In this document: one piece after another, positions 45,206 to 55,045 of the stretch | Position numbering within the stretch: position 1 is the first letter of the stretch | Layout: each line of letters begins with the position of its first letter | Assembly: GCA_024434115.1 (NCBI GenBank) | Contig: QMIT01000004.1 | Location: forward strand, 29,073-93,072 | Direction: 5' to 3' | Source of the DNA: Chloroflexota bacterium | GTDB taxonomy: Bacteria; Chloroflexota; Anaerolineae; Aggregatilineales; J027 | Length of the DNA: 64,000 bases | Position numbers and translations under genes: made by a program | The notes under the pieces: model-generated | Databases searched by the model: none | What the model was told of the DNA's origin: nothing | The model's input: the letters and a program-made list of their open reading frames with translations, nothing else

Positions 45206-45772
45206 TCAATCGAGGATGTGATAACGCATAATGAGTTGGGTATCGGAGGCACGTCCTACCTCCACAAATCCAACATCATGAAACGCCGAGGCAATTCCCA
45301 TATAGCCCCCCGGCGTTTCAAATTCTACTCGAAGATCAATTGGATACCCCTCGACAATAGACGCCCCGTTCGACTTGGCATAGGCAATCGCCGCTTGCAG
45401 CATGGGGCGCATCATACCCTTACGTCGAAACGGTTTTGCCACATAGAAGCAGACAATTGACCAGACCGCTTGTTCATCTACCCGTTTGAGGATGCGTGAT
45501 TTTTCCAATGCCTTATAGTGATCACGCGGGCCAATCGAACACCATGCCGCCACCTGTCCATCGGCATACCCCAACAAACCGAGTGTTTCGCCAGAATAGA
45601 TCAGATGACGAGCCGTATCCTTATTGCCCTCGTATTTTTGGGTCTTGAATTGGGCACGCTCCAAACGCCAGAACATGCACCAACATCCCGCATAGCCACC
45701 TTTTTCGCCAAACAGCGTTTCAAAATCCGTCCATCGTTCAGCGGTGATTGGATGAAATTCCAGTGATTCCAA
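45206..45772 (-). CDS. GNAT-family acetyltransferase
   Basis: 'FYVAKPFRRKGMMRPMLQAAIAYA' is an acetyl-CoA binding loop context. Confidence 0.7.
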   Translation of the reverse strand: MESLEFHPITAERWTDFETLFGEKGGYAGCWCMFWRLERAQFKTQKYEGNKDTARHLIYSGETLGLLGYADGQVAAWCSIGPRDHYKALEKSRILKRVDEQAVWSIVCFYVAKPFRRKGMMRPMLQAAIAYAKSNGASIVEGYPIDLRVEFETPGGYMGIASAFHDVGFVEVGRASDTQLIMRYHILD

Positions 45773-45786
45773 GTGTCGTGTATCTC

Positions 45787-46638
45787 CTATCCTAGATGAC
45801 CTAAAAAGTCTGACACCGCTCGATTAAATTCAGCAGGTTTTTCAAGGCTGACAAAATGACCCGCATTCGGAATCACGGCTTTTTGGGCATGAGGAATATC
45901 CCGCACCAATATATCCACAATATCCTGAATATCCTTTGCCTCATATCCCCCCACCATCACCAAAGTCGGCACTTGAATTTCATGGAGGCGCTGAATCGCT
46001 GGCACATGCTCGGCTCCGGTTTCGGCGGATGCAGACTGCTCTGCCGCAGCAGCTACTTCCTCTGGTGGAAAAAAGTGGGGAAAGGTGTAATCCTGCATCA
46101 GTGCCCGCGCTCGTTCACGCACTTTCTCATCAGCACGCCCCGCTGGGCTATCCACCGCAAATTCCATAAACCGTTCGCGTGCCGCATCGAAATCGCGGTT
46201 TTGGATGCACTCGATAAACGCCATCCACTTGGGTTCAAATTCCGCTGTCCCTTCCGCCGAATATTCATAACCTTCCAAACCAACCCCCGACATCACCAAA
46301 CCGTCCACCCGTTCGGGATGCTCCAACGTGAAGTGCATGGCGATTTCGCCACCGAACGAAAGTCCTAAGATGTAGGTTTTGGTGATACCCAGAAAATCCA
46401 GCAGTTCGATAATATCGTGGGTATCCGTATAAGGCTCTTTCGACATTTTGGATTGCCCGAAGCCACGCACATCATAACGAATGACCCGATACTGCTTTGC
46501 AAATTCGCTGAATTGGTCGTCCCAATACTTATGACTGGTCAGCATGGGGTGAACCAAAAGCAACGGATGTCCCTCGCCTGCCACTGCATAATACAGCTTG
46601 GAATTTTCGACCTCAACAAACCCTTTGGTGATATTCAT
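45787..46638 (-). CDS. alpha/beta-fold hydrolase
   Basis: It has the nucleophile elbow 'GLSFGG', an N-terminal 'LLLVHP' oxyanion region and a C-terminal 'AGHF' histidine. Confidence 0.8.
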   Translation of the reverse strand: MNITKGFVEVENSKLYYAVAGEGHPLLLVHPMLTSHKYWDDQFSEFAKQYRVIRYDVRGFGQSKMSKEPYTDTHDIIELLDFLGITKTYILGLSFGGEIAMHFTLEHPERVDGLVMSGVGLEGYEYSAEGTAEFEPKWMAFIECIQNRDFDAARERFMEFAVDSPAGRADEKVRERARALMQDYTFPHFFPPEEVAAAAEQSASAETGAEHVPAIQRLHEIQVPTLVMVGGYEAKDIQDIVDILVRDIPHAQKAVIPNAGHFVSLEKPAEFNRAVSDFLGHLG

Positions 46639-46732
46639 GGATGCTCCTCACAGATTGGATCGCTTCAACATTGTACTTTTAGCGTATCATCTATACAGGA
46701 CATAATCGGCCCTGATTTTCTGGAGAAATTTT

Positions 46733-47692
46733 TTGTATCACCCTACCACCCGACTGCTGACTGTTTTGGAACTCTTGCAAGCCCATCCCCAACTCAGTGG
46801 GCCAGAAATCGCCCAACGCTTGGAGGTGGATGTACGAACCGTGCGGCGCTACATTGTCATGCTGCAAGATTTGGGCATTCCAATTGAAGGCGAACGCGGG
46901 CGGCATGGGGCCTATCGGCTGCGACCCGGTTTTAAGCTGCCACCCATGATGTTTACTGACGAGGAGGCCTTGGGGCTAACACTGGGGCTATTGATTACCC
47001 GACGATTGGGATTATCTATTGAAGCCCCGGCTATCGAAGGGGCACTCGCCAAAATTGAGCGTGTTTTACCGGATGCGCTGCGGGAGCAAGTACAAGCGGT
47101 TCAAGAGTCCCTGCTGATTCACCTCAATATTCACCATGCCGCCCCCGCCAGCGATTTGATTGTCTTATTCAGCACTGCCGTTCAACAAAAACACCGGGTG
47201 CAGTTGACGTACACGGCATGGAATGGCGAAATTTCAACCCGACCCTTTGATCCCTATGGCTTGGTGATGCACGGTGGGTTCTGGTACACCGTAGGGCATT
47301 GCCATCTGCGTGATGATCTCCGCACCTTTCGTCTAGACCGTGTGACCAATGCGGAAATGTTGGGGGAATCATTTACGTCACCCGCGAATTTTGATACCGT
47401 TGGGCAGGTTATGAAAGGCATTGCCAGCACTCCGGGAACATGGCGTGTGGAGGTCATTTTGGAGACAACGATTGAACAGGCCATCCGACAAATTCCACCC
47501 TATCTCGGTTTGATGGAGGCATTTGGGGAGAGAGTCTACCTGACGATTTACACTCAGCAGCTAGAATGGGTAGGGCATTTTCTAGCAGGTCTCGACTTTA
47601 ATTTTCAAATTTGCCACCCACCCGAACTACGTAAATTGTTGCAGCAGTTGGCGGCAAAGATTATGCGCATCGTCGAAAATAGTGCGTATTAA
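46733..47692 (+). CDS. YafY/PafBC-like transcriptional regulator (wHTH plus WYL domain)
   Basis: 'TTRLLTVLELLQAHPQLSGPEIAQRLEVDVRTVRRYI..L...G' is followed later by 'FWYTVGHCHLRDDLRTFRLDRV'. It has a TTG start. Confidence 0.8.
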   Translation: MYHPTTRLLTVLELLQAHPQLSGPEIAQRLEVDVRTVRRYIVMLQDLGIPIEGERGRHGAYRLRPGFKLPPMMFTDEEALGLTLGLLITRRLGLSIEAPAIEGALAKIERVLPDALREQVQAVQESLLIHLNIHHAAPASDLIVLFSTAVQQKHRVQLTYTAWNGEISTRPFDPYGLVMHGGFWYTVGHCHLRDDLRTFRLDRVTNAEMLGESFTSPANFDTVGQVMKGIASTPGTWRVEVILETTIEQAIRQIPPYLGLMEAFGERVYLTIYTQQLEWVGHFLAGLDFNFQICHPPELRKLLQQLAAKIMRIVENSAY

Positions 47693-48087
47693 AAACCACC
47701 TGTCGCATTTTCAATCGCCCGAATTAGTTTATTGAGCGCCCTTCGATAGGTTTGTTCGGCGGTGGTCAGCACCACCAACAAATGCGGGGCAGTATCATCC
47801 AACGTGGGTAACATCAAGGGACGACAAATTAAACGCCGTCCGTCCAAATCATAAAAAACACTTTCTTGCAATTGGGCCAACTGTGCCCGACTCTCAGCAT
47901 TTCCAAAAATGCGCCGGGTCGTCAGCAGGGGAGTTTCGGCAGTCGCCTTATCCAATCCTGCTGCAACATAAGACACAACCGCTTCATCTTGGGGACTGAC
48001 CAACAAGGCCGCCAACAATCCGGCGTCTTTGGCCTCATGGGTCAACAAGTCTTGCAACGGCGATGGTGCTTTTTTACGTGGGGGCAC
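47689..48087 (-). CDS. hypothetical protein (possibly roadblock/LC7-like)
   Basis: This 132-aa ORF starts right after the stop of the upstream membrane protein gene. The fold guess is weak. Confidence 0.45.
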   Translation of the reverse strand: MPPRKKAPSPLQDLLTHEAKDAGLLAALLVSPQDEAVVSYVAAGLDKATAETPLLTTRRIFGNAESRAQLAQLQESVFYDLDGRRLICRPLMLPTLDDTAPHLLVVLTTAEQTYRRALNKLIRAIENATGGF

Positions 48088-48876
48088 TTAATTCGCTCCA
48101 ATCGGGGTCGCCGTCGGAATGGGATCGCTGATGATAATGCTGATTTCGCAGCTTGCCTTCATCGCACTGGTGCTGTCAAACACCACCAAACGGTAGCGAT
48201 ATGTACCCGGCAGATAATTCAGCGGTACGAGTTGGCCCAATTCACTATCCACCACTGGCTGGACATAATCACCCTGCGCCCCACCGATGGTGCTGAAGGT
48301 TGAATCAGAAGAACCCGTCTCAGGGCGGATTTCAAAACGATAAAACGCGAAATCTTGAATATTCGCCGTCCCTCGAATTGGAATCACATCAAACACCACC
48401 TGTCCATTATCGGGAAAATCAATCCACGCCTGATCGCGGATACAGCCTTCACGAGGACTGCTTGGCAAAATCGTCCCTTTGGGGGTACTCGGTGGCGGCG
48501 CGGTTATCGGGATGATGTCCTCGTTCGGATTGACCGGAGTCAATTGAAAACCACCACCCCTCTCGGCAGTGCTGGTCTGATAGGCTCGATTCCGCGCAAA
48601 ACTAGGGTCTAGGGTCGCGGGCATTCCTTCGCGCCAAGTCGGGGCCGCCATATTCGCCGTGCCCCATACCGTCACCAATATATTGACACTTAGAAACACC
48701 AGCGTCAGCGCCTTGCCGCCATGCTGTTGGGCCTGCTCACGTTCTAGGCGAAATTGGGACTCTCGAAGTTCACGCCGTGCCCGTAGAAAATTACGAAAAC
48801 TCCACAGCAACCCCAAGCCTGTAAAGACATACAGCCCAACGGCGATGCTTTCAATGAAAAAGAAAAAGTCACCCAT
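48088..48876 (-). CDS. hypothetical membrane protein with an extracytoplasmic beta-rich domain
   Basis: It has two N-terminal hydrophobic segments, a Pro-rich linker and a beta-strand-like C-terminus. Confidence 0.5.
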   Translation of the reverse strand: MGDFFFFIESIAVGLYVFTGLGLLWSFRNFLRARRELRESQFRLEREQAQQHGGKALTLVFLSVNILVTVWGTANMAAPTWREGMPATLDPSFARNRAYQTSTAERGGGFQLTPVNPNEDIIPITAPPPSTPKGTILPSSPREGCIRDQAWIDFPDNGQVVFDVIPIRGTANIQDFAFYRFEIRPETGSSDSTFSTIGGAQGDYVQPVVDSELGQLVPLNYLPGTYRYRLVVFDSTSAMKASCEISIIISDPIPTATPIGAN

Positions 48877-48901
48877 AATCCCTCATCCTCATCTCTCCGT
48901 C

Positions 48902-49765
48902 CTACTCAGGAAATTCGCGTAAGACCCCTCGAAGGATGGCGATTAGATTCGGCACAATCTTTGCGCCAACCGCCAACACTTCTTCATGGCTCACATCTTT
49001 CACCGAGTCCTGATCGTCAATAGCCTCATTGGTAATGCTCGATACCCCCATGACACGCATTCCGGCATGACGCGCCACGACCACTTCTGGTACGGTAGAC
49101 ATGCCAACCGCATCCGCCCCCCACATGCGGAACATGCGGATTTCGGCAGGGGTCTCAAACGCCGGGCCAGACAGTGCGATATACACTCCTTGTCGCAGGG
49201 TAATGGCTTCGCGCTGAGCAATTTCGAGCGCCTTGTTCCGCAGTTTTTTGTCATAGGCCTGCGTAAAAATCGGGAAACGATCTCCAAAGCTCTCCTCGTT
49301 TGGCCCCATTAAGCCATTGTTGCCCATCTGCCCCAACAAATTAATGTGGTCGGTAATGAGCATCAAATCTCCCGCGCGGAACTCTTGGTTGAGTCCACCC
49401 GCCGCGTTGGTCACAATCAAGGTCTCCACGCCCAATACCCGCATCAACCGCACCGGGAAAGTGACTTGGTGCATCGAGTACCCCTCATAAAAATGCAGCC
49501 GACCCTGCATCATCAAAACGCTTTGGCCTTCGATCTCCCCAATCACCAACTGTCCTTTATGACCTTGCACATGCCCCCCATGTGGGGCTTGCGGCCAATG
49601 GGGGATTTCCCGGTAAGGGATGATGGTCGCGTTCGACACACTATCGGCCAGTGGCCCTAGGCCCGAACCAAGAATAATGGCTATCTTAGGGGTCTGATGG
49701 ATTCGGCGGCGGACTTCATCAGCGGCAGCTTCATAATCAGCGCGGGTGAACGCGGGTGTCAACAT
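48902..49765 (-). CDS. purine nucleoside phosphorylase (trimeric PNP/MTAP family)
   Basis: The motifs 'ILGSGLG', 'FYEGY', 'TNAAGGLN' and 'GMSTVPEV' are present. I chose the ATG at 49765. Confidence 0.85.
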   Translation of the reverse strand: MLTPAFTRADYEAAADEVRRRIHQTPKIAIILGSGLGPLADSVSNATIIPYREIPHWPQAPHGGHVQGHKGQLVIGEIEGQSVLMMQGRLHFYEGYSMHQVTFPVRLMRVLGVETLIVTNAAGGLNQEFRAGDLMLITDHINLLGQMGNNGLMGPNEESFGDRFPIFTQAYDKKLRNKALEIAQREAITLRQGVYIALSGPAFETPAEIRMFRMWGADAVGMSTVPEVVVARHAGMRVMGVSSITNEAIDDQDSVKDVSHEEVLAVGAKIVPNLIAILRGVLREFPE

Positions 49766-49893
49766 GATTGCTCTCCAAATGTCGAAATGAAAAGGGTGCT
49801 TACCTTGCACAGTGCTATTCTAGCATCCTGAGCGCATTTGCCAACGGTTGGCAAGCGATTAAAATTGGGCAGTTGTCTGACAATTTCCTACAC

Positions 49894-50511
49894 ATGGAAA
49901 AATCTATGCCACTTGAATACACTCCCGAATTTGAAGCCCGTGTACAGGCATGGGTTGAAGCACGGCTAAAGCCCAAACGTATCTCTCATGTACGCGGCGT
50001 CGTCGAAACCGCCGATTGGATGGCCCAGCTTTATGTCCCTCATCAACGGATGCAGGCACGGTTGGCCGCATGGATTCACGATGCCGCCAAGAAACTGCCC
50101 GATGAAGAATTGATGCGATTAGCGGAACTCCATCATCTACCCATCAGTGAAGGTGAAATGATGGTGCCCATGTTGCTGCATGGCGCGGTGGGCTATGTAT
50201 TGGCGGCGGCGGAATTCGGCTTGGATGACCCCCAAGTACAGACGGCCTGTGCCTATCACACCACAGGTGACCCCACCATGAACACGCTCGACATGATTGT
50301 CTACGTGGCCGATTTAATTGAACCGACTCGTGATTTTCCCGGCGTAGATGCGTTACGAAGGGCTGCTCAAGTAAGTTTGGAGGGGGTGACGCTGATGGCA
50401 ACCGATTTTACGCTGCGTTATCTGATCGAACGAGGCAAATATATTGACCCCCGCCCGGTGCATCTGCATAACCGATTGGTTCAAGCAGGGGTCACTTATA
50501 TACAAGGTTAA
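49894..50511 (+). CDS. yqeK: HD-domain bis(5'-nucleosyl)-tetraphosphatase, YqeK family
   Basis: 'RISHVRGVVETA' and 'AWIHDAAK' provide the H...HD metal ligands. It is about 200 aa long. Confidence 0.75.
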   Translation: MEKSMPLEYTPEFEARVQAWVEARLKPKRISHVRGVVETADWMAQLYVPHQRMQARLAAWIHDAAKKLPDEELMRLAELHHLPISEGEMMVPMLLHGAVGYVLAAAEFGLDDPQVQTACAYHTTGDPTMNTLDMIVYVADLIEPTRDFPGVDALRRAAQVSLEGVTLMATDFTLRYLIERGKYIDPRPVHLHNRLVQAGVTYIQG

Positions 50512-50512
50512 G

Positions 50513-51613
50513 TTACTGCACATCGGTTTGGGCCACCGCGACAAATGTGCCCGCGTCCAATTGGGCAATCACATCTTTGGCAGCTTGGAAATTGGCGTTA
50601 TATTGCAGGGCCTCATTCAATTGGGCTTTGGCGTCGGCGGTTCGACCTTGCGAGGCAAACACTAACCCGTGATAGTAGTCCCATTCTTCAACGTAGGGCG
50701 TGGTCAATTTGGCCTGCTGCACCAACTCCAACACGGTGTTAAACTCGCCTGTGCGATAGAAGGCTTCCAGCGGTGTATGGCGATACCACAGCGCCCGCCA
50801 TGGCAAACCGAGGTCGAACGCTACGCGGAAGAAACCTGTCGCCTCGGCATAATAGCCCAGTTGGGTCAGCGCGTCGCCAATATTAAACCATGCCCATGCG
50901 TCTTGACCATCAGCGGCAGCCCGCTCTTGGGCCATCTGGGACATCAATTGATAGGCTTGGTTCAAATCGGCCCGCTCCCCCAAAATTTGCATCACTTCGG
51001 CTTCACGTTCTGGAGCATAGAGCACAATGAAGGTATTGCTGAAATTCCACCAATAACTTTCCACTGTCGCATAAGGTTCTTTTAGCCCCTGAAAATTGCC
51101 ATGCCCCAGATAGCTGTCATAGGTATAGAAGACACTCTCATTGTCATCATAGCCAATCAGCAGCAAATAATGACCCATCCAATCGAGGTCTTCCACATCA
51201 AACCCTTTTTCGATGATGACTGGAAAATCCGCTACCAGCAGTCGCTTGATAAGCTCAAAATCCCCGCCGGGCCGATACAGCGCCCGCACATTGGTCATGA
51301 GGCTGGCGACATTATTGACATAATCCACCATCTCCCATGGGCTGACATTTTTATCCTCACCATTGGGTTTCAAGAAATGGGCGGCGGGCAGTTGATTATC
51401 GGTATAGCCAAAATACGTTAAGCCCATCGTCAAGGTAGTCGGGCCACAGTTATTCCAACCCTGATATTCATGACGCAGGCGAGTGATGTCAAGTTTAAAA
51501 CTGGTCGGCAATACGCCATCATCCTGTGCATTGACCCGTGTACCGTGTGGGGCAATGGTAATGATGATGATTGCAACCAGCAATAGACCAGTCAGGCGTT
51601 TCAATGAAAACAT
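50513..51613 (-). CDS. secreted C39-like cysteine peptidase domain protein with C-terminal TPR repeats
   Basis: It has a signal/anchor 'LTGLLLVAIIIITIA', the catalytic-Cys context 'GWNNCGPTTLTM' and a TPR-like C-terminal half. Confidence 0.7.
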   Translation of the reverse strand: MFSLKRLTGLLLVAIIIITIAPHGTRVNAQDDGVLPTSFKLDITRLRHEYQGWNNCGPTTLTMGLTYFGYTDNQLPAAHFLKPNGEDKNVSPWEMVDYVNNVASLMTNVRALYRPGGDFELIKRLLVADFPVIIEKGFDVEDLDWMGHYLLLIGYDDNESVFYTYDSYLGHGNFQGLKEPYATVESYWWNFSNTFIVLYAPEREAEVMQILGERADLNQAYQLMSQMAQERAAADGQDAWAWFNIGDALTQLGYYAEATGFFRVAFDLGLPWRALWYRHTPLEAFYRTGEFNTVLELVQQAKLTTPYVEEWDYYHGLVFASQGRTADAKAQLNEALQYNANFQAAKDVIAQLDAGTFVAVAQTDVQ

Positions 51614-51745
51614 GCAATAGACCTCCGAAAAAGACTGCTGTGATAGAGACAAGTATACGATAGGCGGGCAAACCCACGCCGGACGCTCATTGGATGGTTA
51701 TACTACGGATGGATGAAGGCAATCTGACAAAAACCTGACCGGAGT

Positions 51746-52414
51746 CTAATCCCGCCGAGTAGCAACGACCACCTGCACAATGCTATAGGGGCACTGCTCA
51801 ATCAATGACTCCACCGCAAATCCAGCTTCTTGGAATCGCTGTTCCAAATCCGCCGGCCATGGCCCCCGTTGACCCGTCGCACGATAGGCTGCTTCAAGGG
51901 CATCTTTCGCCACCCCACCCCCGGTCAAAATGCCATTGGGGACAATCACCAAGCGCCGACCCGGTTTCAACACTCGATAGATTTCTTGCAGGGTGTCCAT
52001 CTCAATGATAAATGGCGTGGGGAAGGTGCTGACTATTGCATCAAATGTTTGATCGGGAAAGGGGAGTTGTTGGGCACGTCCTCGCACCAATGGCGCGGTG
52101 ATATGATGCCGGAGCAGTTTACGCCGTGCAATCCGCCCCATATACGGGCTTAGATCATAGGCGACCCGTTGATAACCAGCCGCATACAAATCCAATTGCA
52201 GATTACCCGTACCATGCGCTAATTCAAGTACCAACTCCCCCGGCTGTGTCCCTAGATGTTTCAAGGCAGCCCGCTGCCAATTACGCCACTGGCCCAAGCT
52301 GACGACCCATGACACCGTGTCATACGTCCACGCCATTTCGTTATAGAGGAGTCGGAAACCAAAAGTCACCAGTTTCCACCAAGTCTTTTCAATTGGAACG
52401 GCTGGGTAGTTCAT
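51746..52414 (-). CDS. class I SAM-dependent methyltransferase
   Basis: It has motif I 'VLELAHGTGNL' and motif post-II 'FDAIVS'. Confidence 0.75.
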   Translation of the reverse strand: MNYPAVPIEKTWWKLVTFGFRLLYNEMAWTYDTVSWVVSLGQWRNWQRAALKHLGTQPGELVLELAHGTGNLQLDLYAAGYQRVAYDLSPYMGRIARRKLLRHHITAPLVRGRAQQLPFPDQTFDAIVSTFPTPFIIEMDTLQEIYRVLKPGRRLVIVPNGILTGGGVAKDALEAAYRATGQRGPWPADLEQRFQEAGFAVESLIEQCPYSIVQVVVATRRD

Positions 52415-52423
52415 AAAATCCTC

Positions 52424-53278
52424 TTAGGGCAATGGCGCATATCGTTCACCAATCATCTGTTGGGCCTGCCGCTGCTGTGCCCAAACAATAAACTCATAAT
52501 ACCCATCCCCCGGTTCAGGCGGCTTGGTTCCGACAATCAAGAGGGGTGCTCGCAGTGGATACGTGCCCTCCGCAACCGTCAGCGGTGTCGGCAGCACCGG
52601 CGTATCTCCAGCCTGCCCAACCAACGGCACCACTCGTACCCGCCCCGACACCAACGCCATACTCATAAACCCAATCGCTCCCGGTGTTTGTGCCACTACA
52701 TCCAACATTGCGCTGTCGGTTAGGGCTAAAAGTGCATTATAGGTGATTTGGCGCTGCCCCAAAACCAACTGTTCAAAAACCCGACGGGTATCCGACTCGG
52801 CGTCGCGGCTGACAACCGTAATTGCCAAATCCGGCCCACCCAATTCGAGCCAATTTTCGACTGCCCCGGTAAAAATTTGCCGCAGATCGTCCGCGCTTAA
52901 TTGAGGAATGTTCAAACGGGGGTGTACCACAATAGCGATACCATCTTGGCCCAACGGCGCGGCCCACAAATTGTCCAAATTCGGTAGATAAGTGGTCAGG
53001 GCATAGAGGGGAGGATCAGAGGATTGGGTGGGGTCAAGGGCTACGGCAATCGAGGTTCCGTTGGCGGCTTGGTCAACAATCGCCACTAGGGAATTTTCAC
53101 GGGTATAGGTCGCTGCTAGGCTTCGCAGGAGGCTATCGGTACTACTTGAGGTTACAAAATAAAGAGGAACTACTTCGGGGGTCGAAGTCGGGGCTTGCAT
53201 GGGCGCACGACAACTAGCGAGTGCTAATGTCACCACGACGAGGGTTCTTTTGGTTTTACGACCAGCAGCGCACTTCAT
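52424..53278 (-). CDS. PstS-like (PBP_like_2) substrate-binding lipoprotein
   Basis: It has the lipobox 'LALASC', and the 'IF.G...NW.ELGG' and 'GAIGFMS' patterns are typical of phosphate-binding-like proteins. Confidence 0.6.
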   Translation of the reverse strand: MKCAAGRKTKRTLVVVTLALASCRAPMQAPTSTPEVVPLYFVTSSSTDSLLRSLAATYTRENSLVAIVDQAANGTSIAVALDPTQSSDPPLYALTTYLPNLDNLWAAPLGQDGIAIVVHPRLNIPQLSADDLRQIFTGAVENWLELGGPDLAITVVSRDAESDTRRVFEQLVLGQRQITYNALLALTDSAMLDVVAQTPGAIGFMSMALVSGRVRVVPLVGQAGDTPVLPTPLTVAEGTYPLRAPLLIVGTKPPEPGDGYYEFIVWAQQRQAQQMIGERYAPLP

Positions 53279-53285
53279 CCAGTGA

Positions 53286-54467
53286 TTATCCTGACAGGTT
53301 GATTGCTCCCAATGACCGTTTGGCCTCCTCGACGACTTCCTCGCCGGCCCCAGAATGCCAATCGGTCAAAAATGCCTCAGCAAATATCCTAAATTCGGAC
53401 TCGCCCTTAACAATTGCGGCCCGCATATCCCGCACCAGCTTTAACAAAAAGTGCAGGTTATGGATGCTCAACAATTGGTGTGCAATCAATTCTTTCGCTT
53501 TAATCAGATGTCGGATGTAAGCCCGCGAAAAATGCTGGCAGGTGTAACATTCACACCCCACCTCTATGGGTTCCGGGTCATGTGCAAACTGTTGGTTTCG
53601 CATATTATAGCGCCCAAACCGCGTCAGTGCCGCTCCATGACGGGCCTCGCGGGTAGGCAGCACGCAGTCAAAAATATCTATGCCCCGCGCCACTCCCTGT
53701 ACCAAGTCCTCAGCACGACCTACCCCCATCAAATACCGAGGGCGATCTGGTGGCATCAAGGGCATGGTGGCATCAAGCGTCGCCAGCATTTCTTTTTTGG
53801 TTTCCCCAACAGCCAAACCGCCAATGGCATAGCCGGGAAGATTCAACGATGTGATAGCCTCAACCGATTGAGCACGCAAATCCGGGAAAATGCCGCCCTG
53901 CACAATTCCAAAAAGTGCCTGACGGTTGACATCCCCATGAGTGGCATGATATTCCACACAACGTTTGGCCCACGCATGAGTCCGGTGCATGGCCGCCTCG
54001 GAATAGGCTCGGTCATTCGGTACGGCACATTCATCAAATGCCATAATAATGTCCGCACCCAGATTATGCTGAATCGCAATGGACTTTTCGGGAGTCAGAT
54101 AATAGGAGGCACCATCCAAATGGCTGCGAAAACGCACCCCGTTATCATCAATGCGGCGCAATTCTGCCAAGCTAAAGACTTGGAAGCCGCCCGAATCCGT
54201 TAACATCGGGCCATCCCACGCCATAAAGTGATGCAAGCCCCCCATTGCAGCAACTAAATCATCACCGGGGCGTAAATGTAAATGATAGGTATTGGCGAGG
54301 ATGAGGGTGGCTTTGAGGTCATACAGATCACGGGGAAGAATCGCTTTGACGGTTGCTTGTGTTCCCACCGGAGCAAACACAGGTGTCAAAAGGTCTCCAT
54401 GCGGAGTTGTAAACACACCCGCACGCGCACGTCCCGCAGTAGCTTCCAATGAAAATGTAAAACTCAT
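53286..54467 (-). CDS. tgt: tRNA-guanine transglycosylase (queuine tRNA-ribosyltransferase)
   Basis: 'ARAG...TPHG...TPVFMPVGT'-like start, 'LTDSGGFQV', and the zinc motif 'CECYTC..FSRAYIRHL' are present. Confidence 0.9.
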   Translation of the reverse strand: MSFTFSLEATAGRARAGVFTTPHGDLLTPVFAPVGTQATVKAILPRDLYDLKATLILANTYHLHLRPGDDLVAAMGGLHHFMAWDGPMLTDSGGFQVFSLAELRRIDDNGVRFRSHLDGASYYLTPEKSIAIQHNLGADIIMAFDECAVPNDRAYSEAAMHRTHAWAKRCVEYHATHGDVNRQALFGIVQGGIFPDLRAQSVEAITSLNLPGYAIGGLAVGETKKEMLATLDATMPLMPPDRPRYLMGVGRAEDLVQGVARGIDIFDCVLPTREARHGAALTRFGRYNMRNQQFAHDPEPIEVGCECYTCQHFSRAYIRHLIKAKELIAHQLLSIHNLHFLLKLVRDMRAAIVKGESEFRIFAEAFLTDWHSGAGEEVVEEAKRSLGAINLSG

Positions 54468-54680
54468 AGGTTGATTAATCGGCTTAAAAGCACAGTCTTG
54501 ATACTCTGAATAAAGCACAAGGGGTCATTATAACAGCGGGCCAAAATTTTGACACAAACTCATGGCAGACGATAAATTCAGCCATATTGCCCCTTCACAT
54601 ATGGCAAAATTTTCACTTTCAAAATATTCCTAGTATCATTGAACAGCAGTAGTGGTATTAACATAAAGGGGCGGTTTCCG

Positions 54681-55013
54681 ATGCTCAACATCTCCCAGAC
54701 ACAGCAGGGTGACAAGATAGTTTTTCAGGTAGATGGTCGTGTAGATGGTGATGGAGCGACCAAGATGGAAGATATATTGCGTGATGCGGTGAACACCGGA
54801 CATCATCATTTGGTACTCGATCTCTCACAAACTAATTACTTGAACAGCGCCGGATTACGCATCCTAGCCGATGTGTTGACGCAATGCCGCCAAAATGGTG
54901 GAGATGTACAGTTGGCTGCTCCCAACCTCAAGATTATGCGAGTCCTAGAAATCATCGGGTTCGACAAATTCTTCCATGTGTATCCAACGTTGGACGCTGC
55001 TATCAAAAGCTGA
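54681..55013 (+). CDS. STAS-domain anti-sigma-factor antagonist (SpoIIAA-like)
   Basis: 'LVLDLSQTNYLNSAGLRIL' has the conserved Ser context. The protein is 110 aa long. Confidence 0.8.
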   Translation: MLNISQTQQGDKIVFQVDGRVDGDGATKMEDILRDAVNTGHHHLVLDLSQTNYLNSAGLRILADVLTQCRQNGGDVQLAAPNLKIMRVLEIIGFDKFFHVYPTLDAAIKS

Positions 55014-55045
55014 CAGGTTTATCTGGGGAAAGTGTGAACGGCTGA

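Noticed and set aside
45194-45460. An 88-aa ORF overlapping the end of the YqeC-MocA gene and lying antisense to the GNAT gene.
   Set aside because: It overlaps a motif-supported GNAT gene on the opposite strand and has no RBS or motif.
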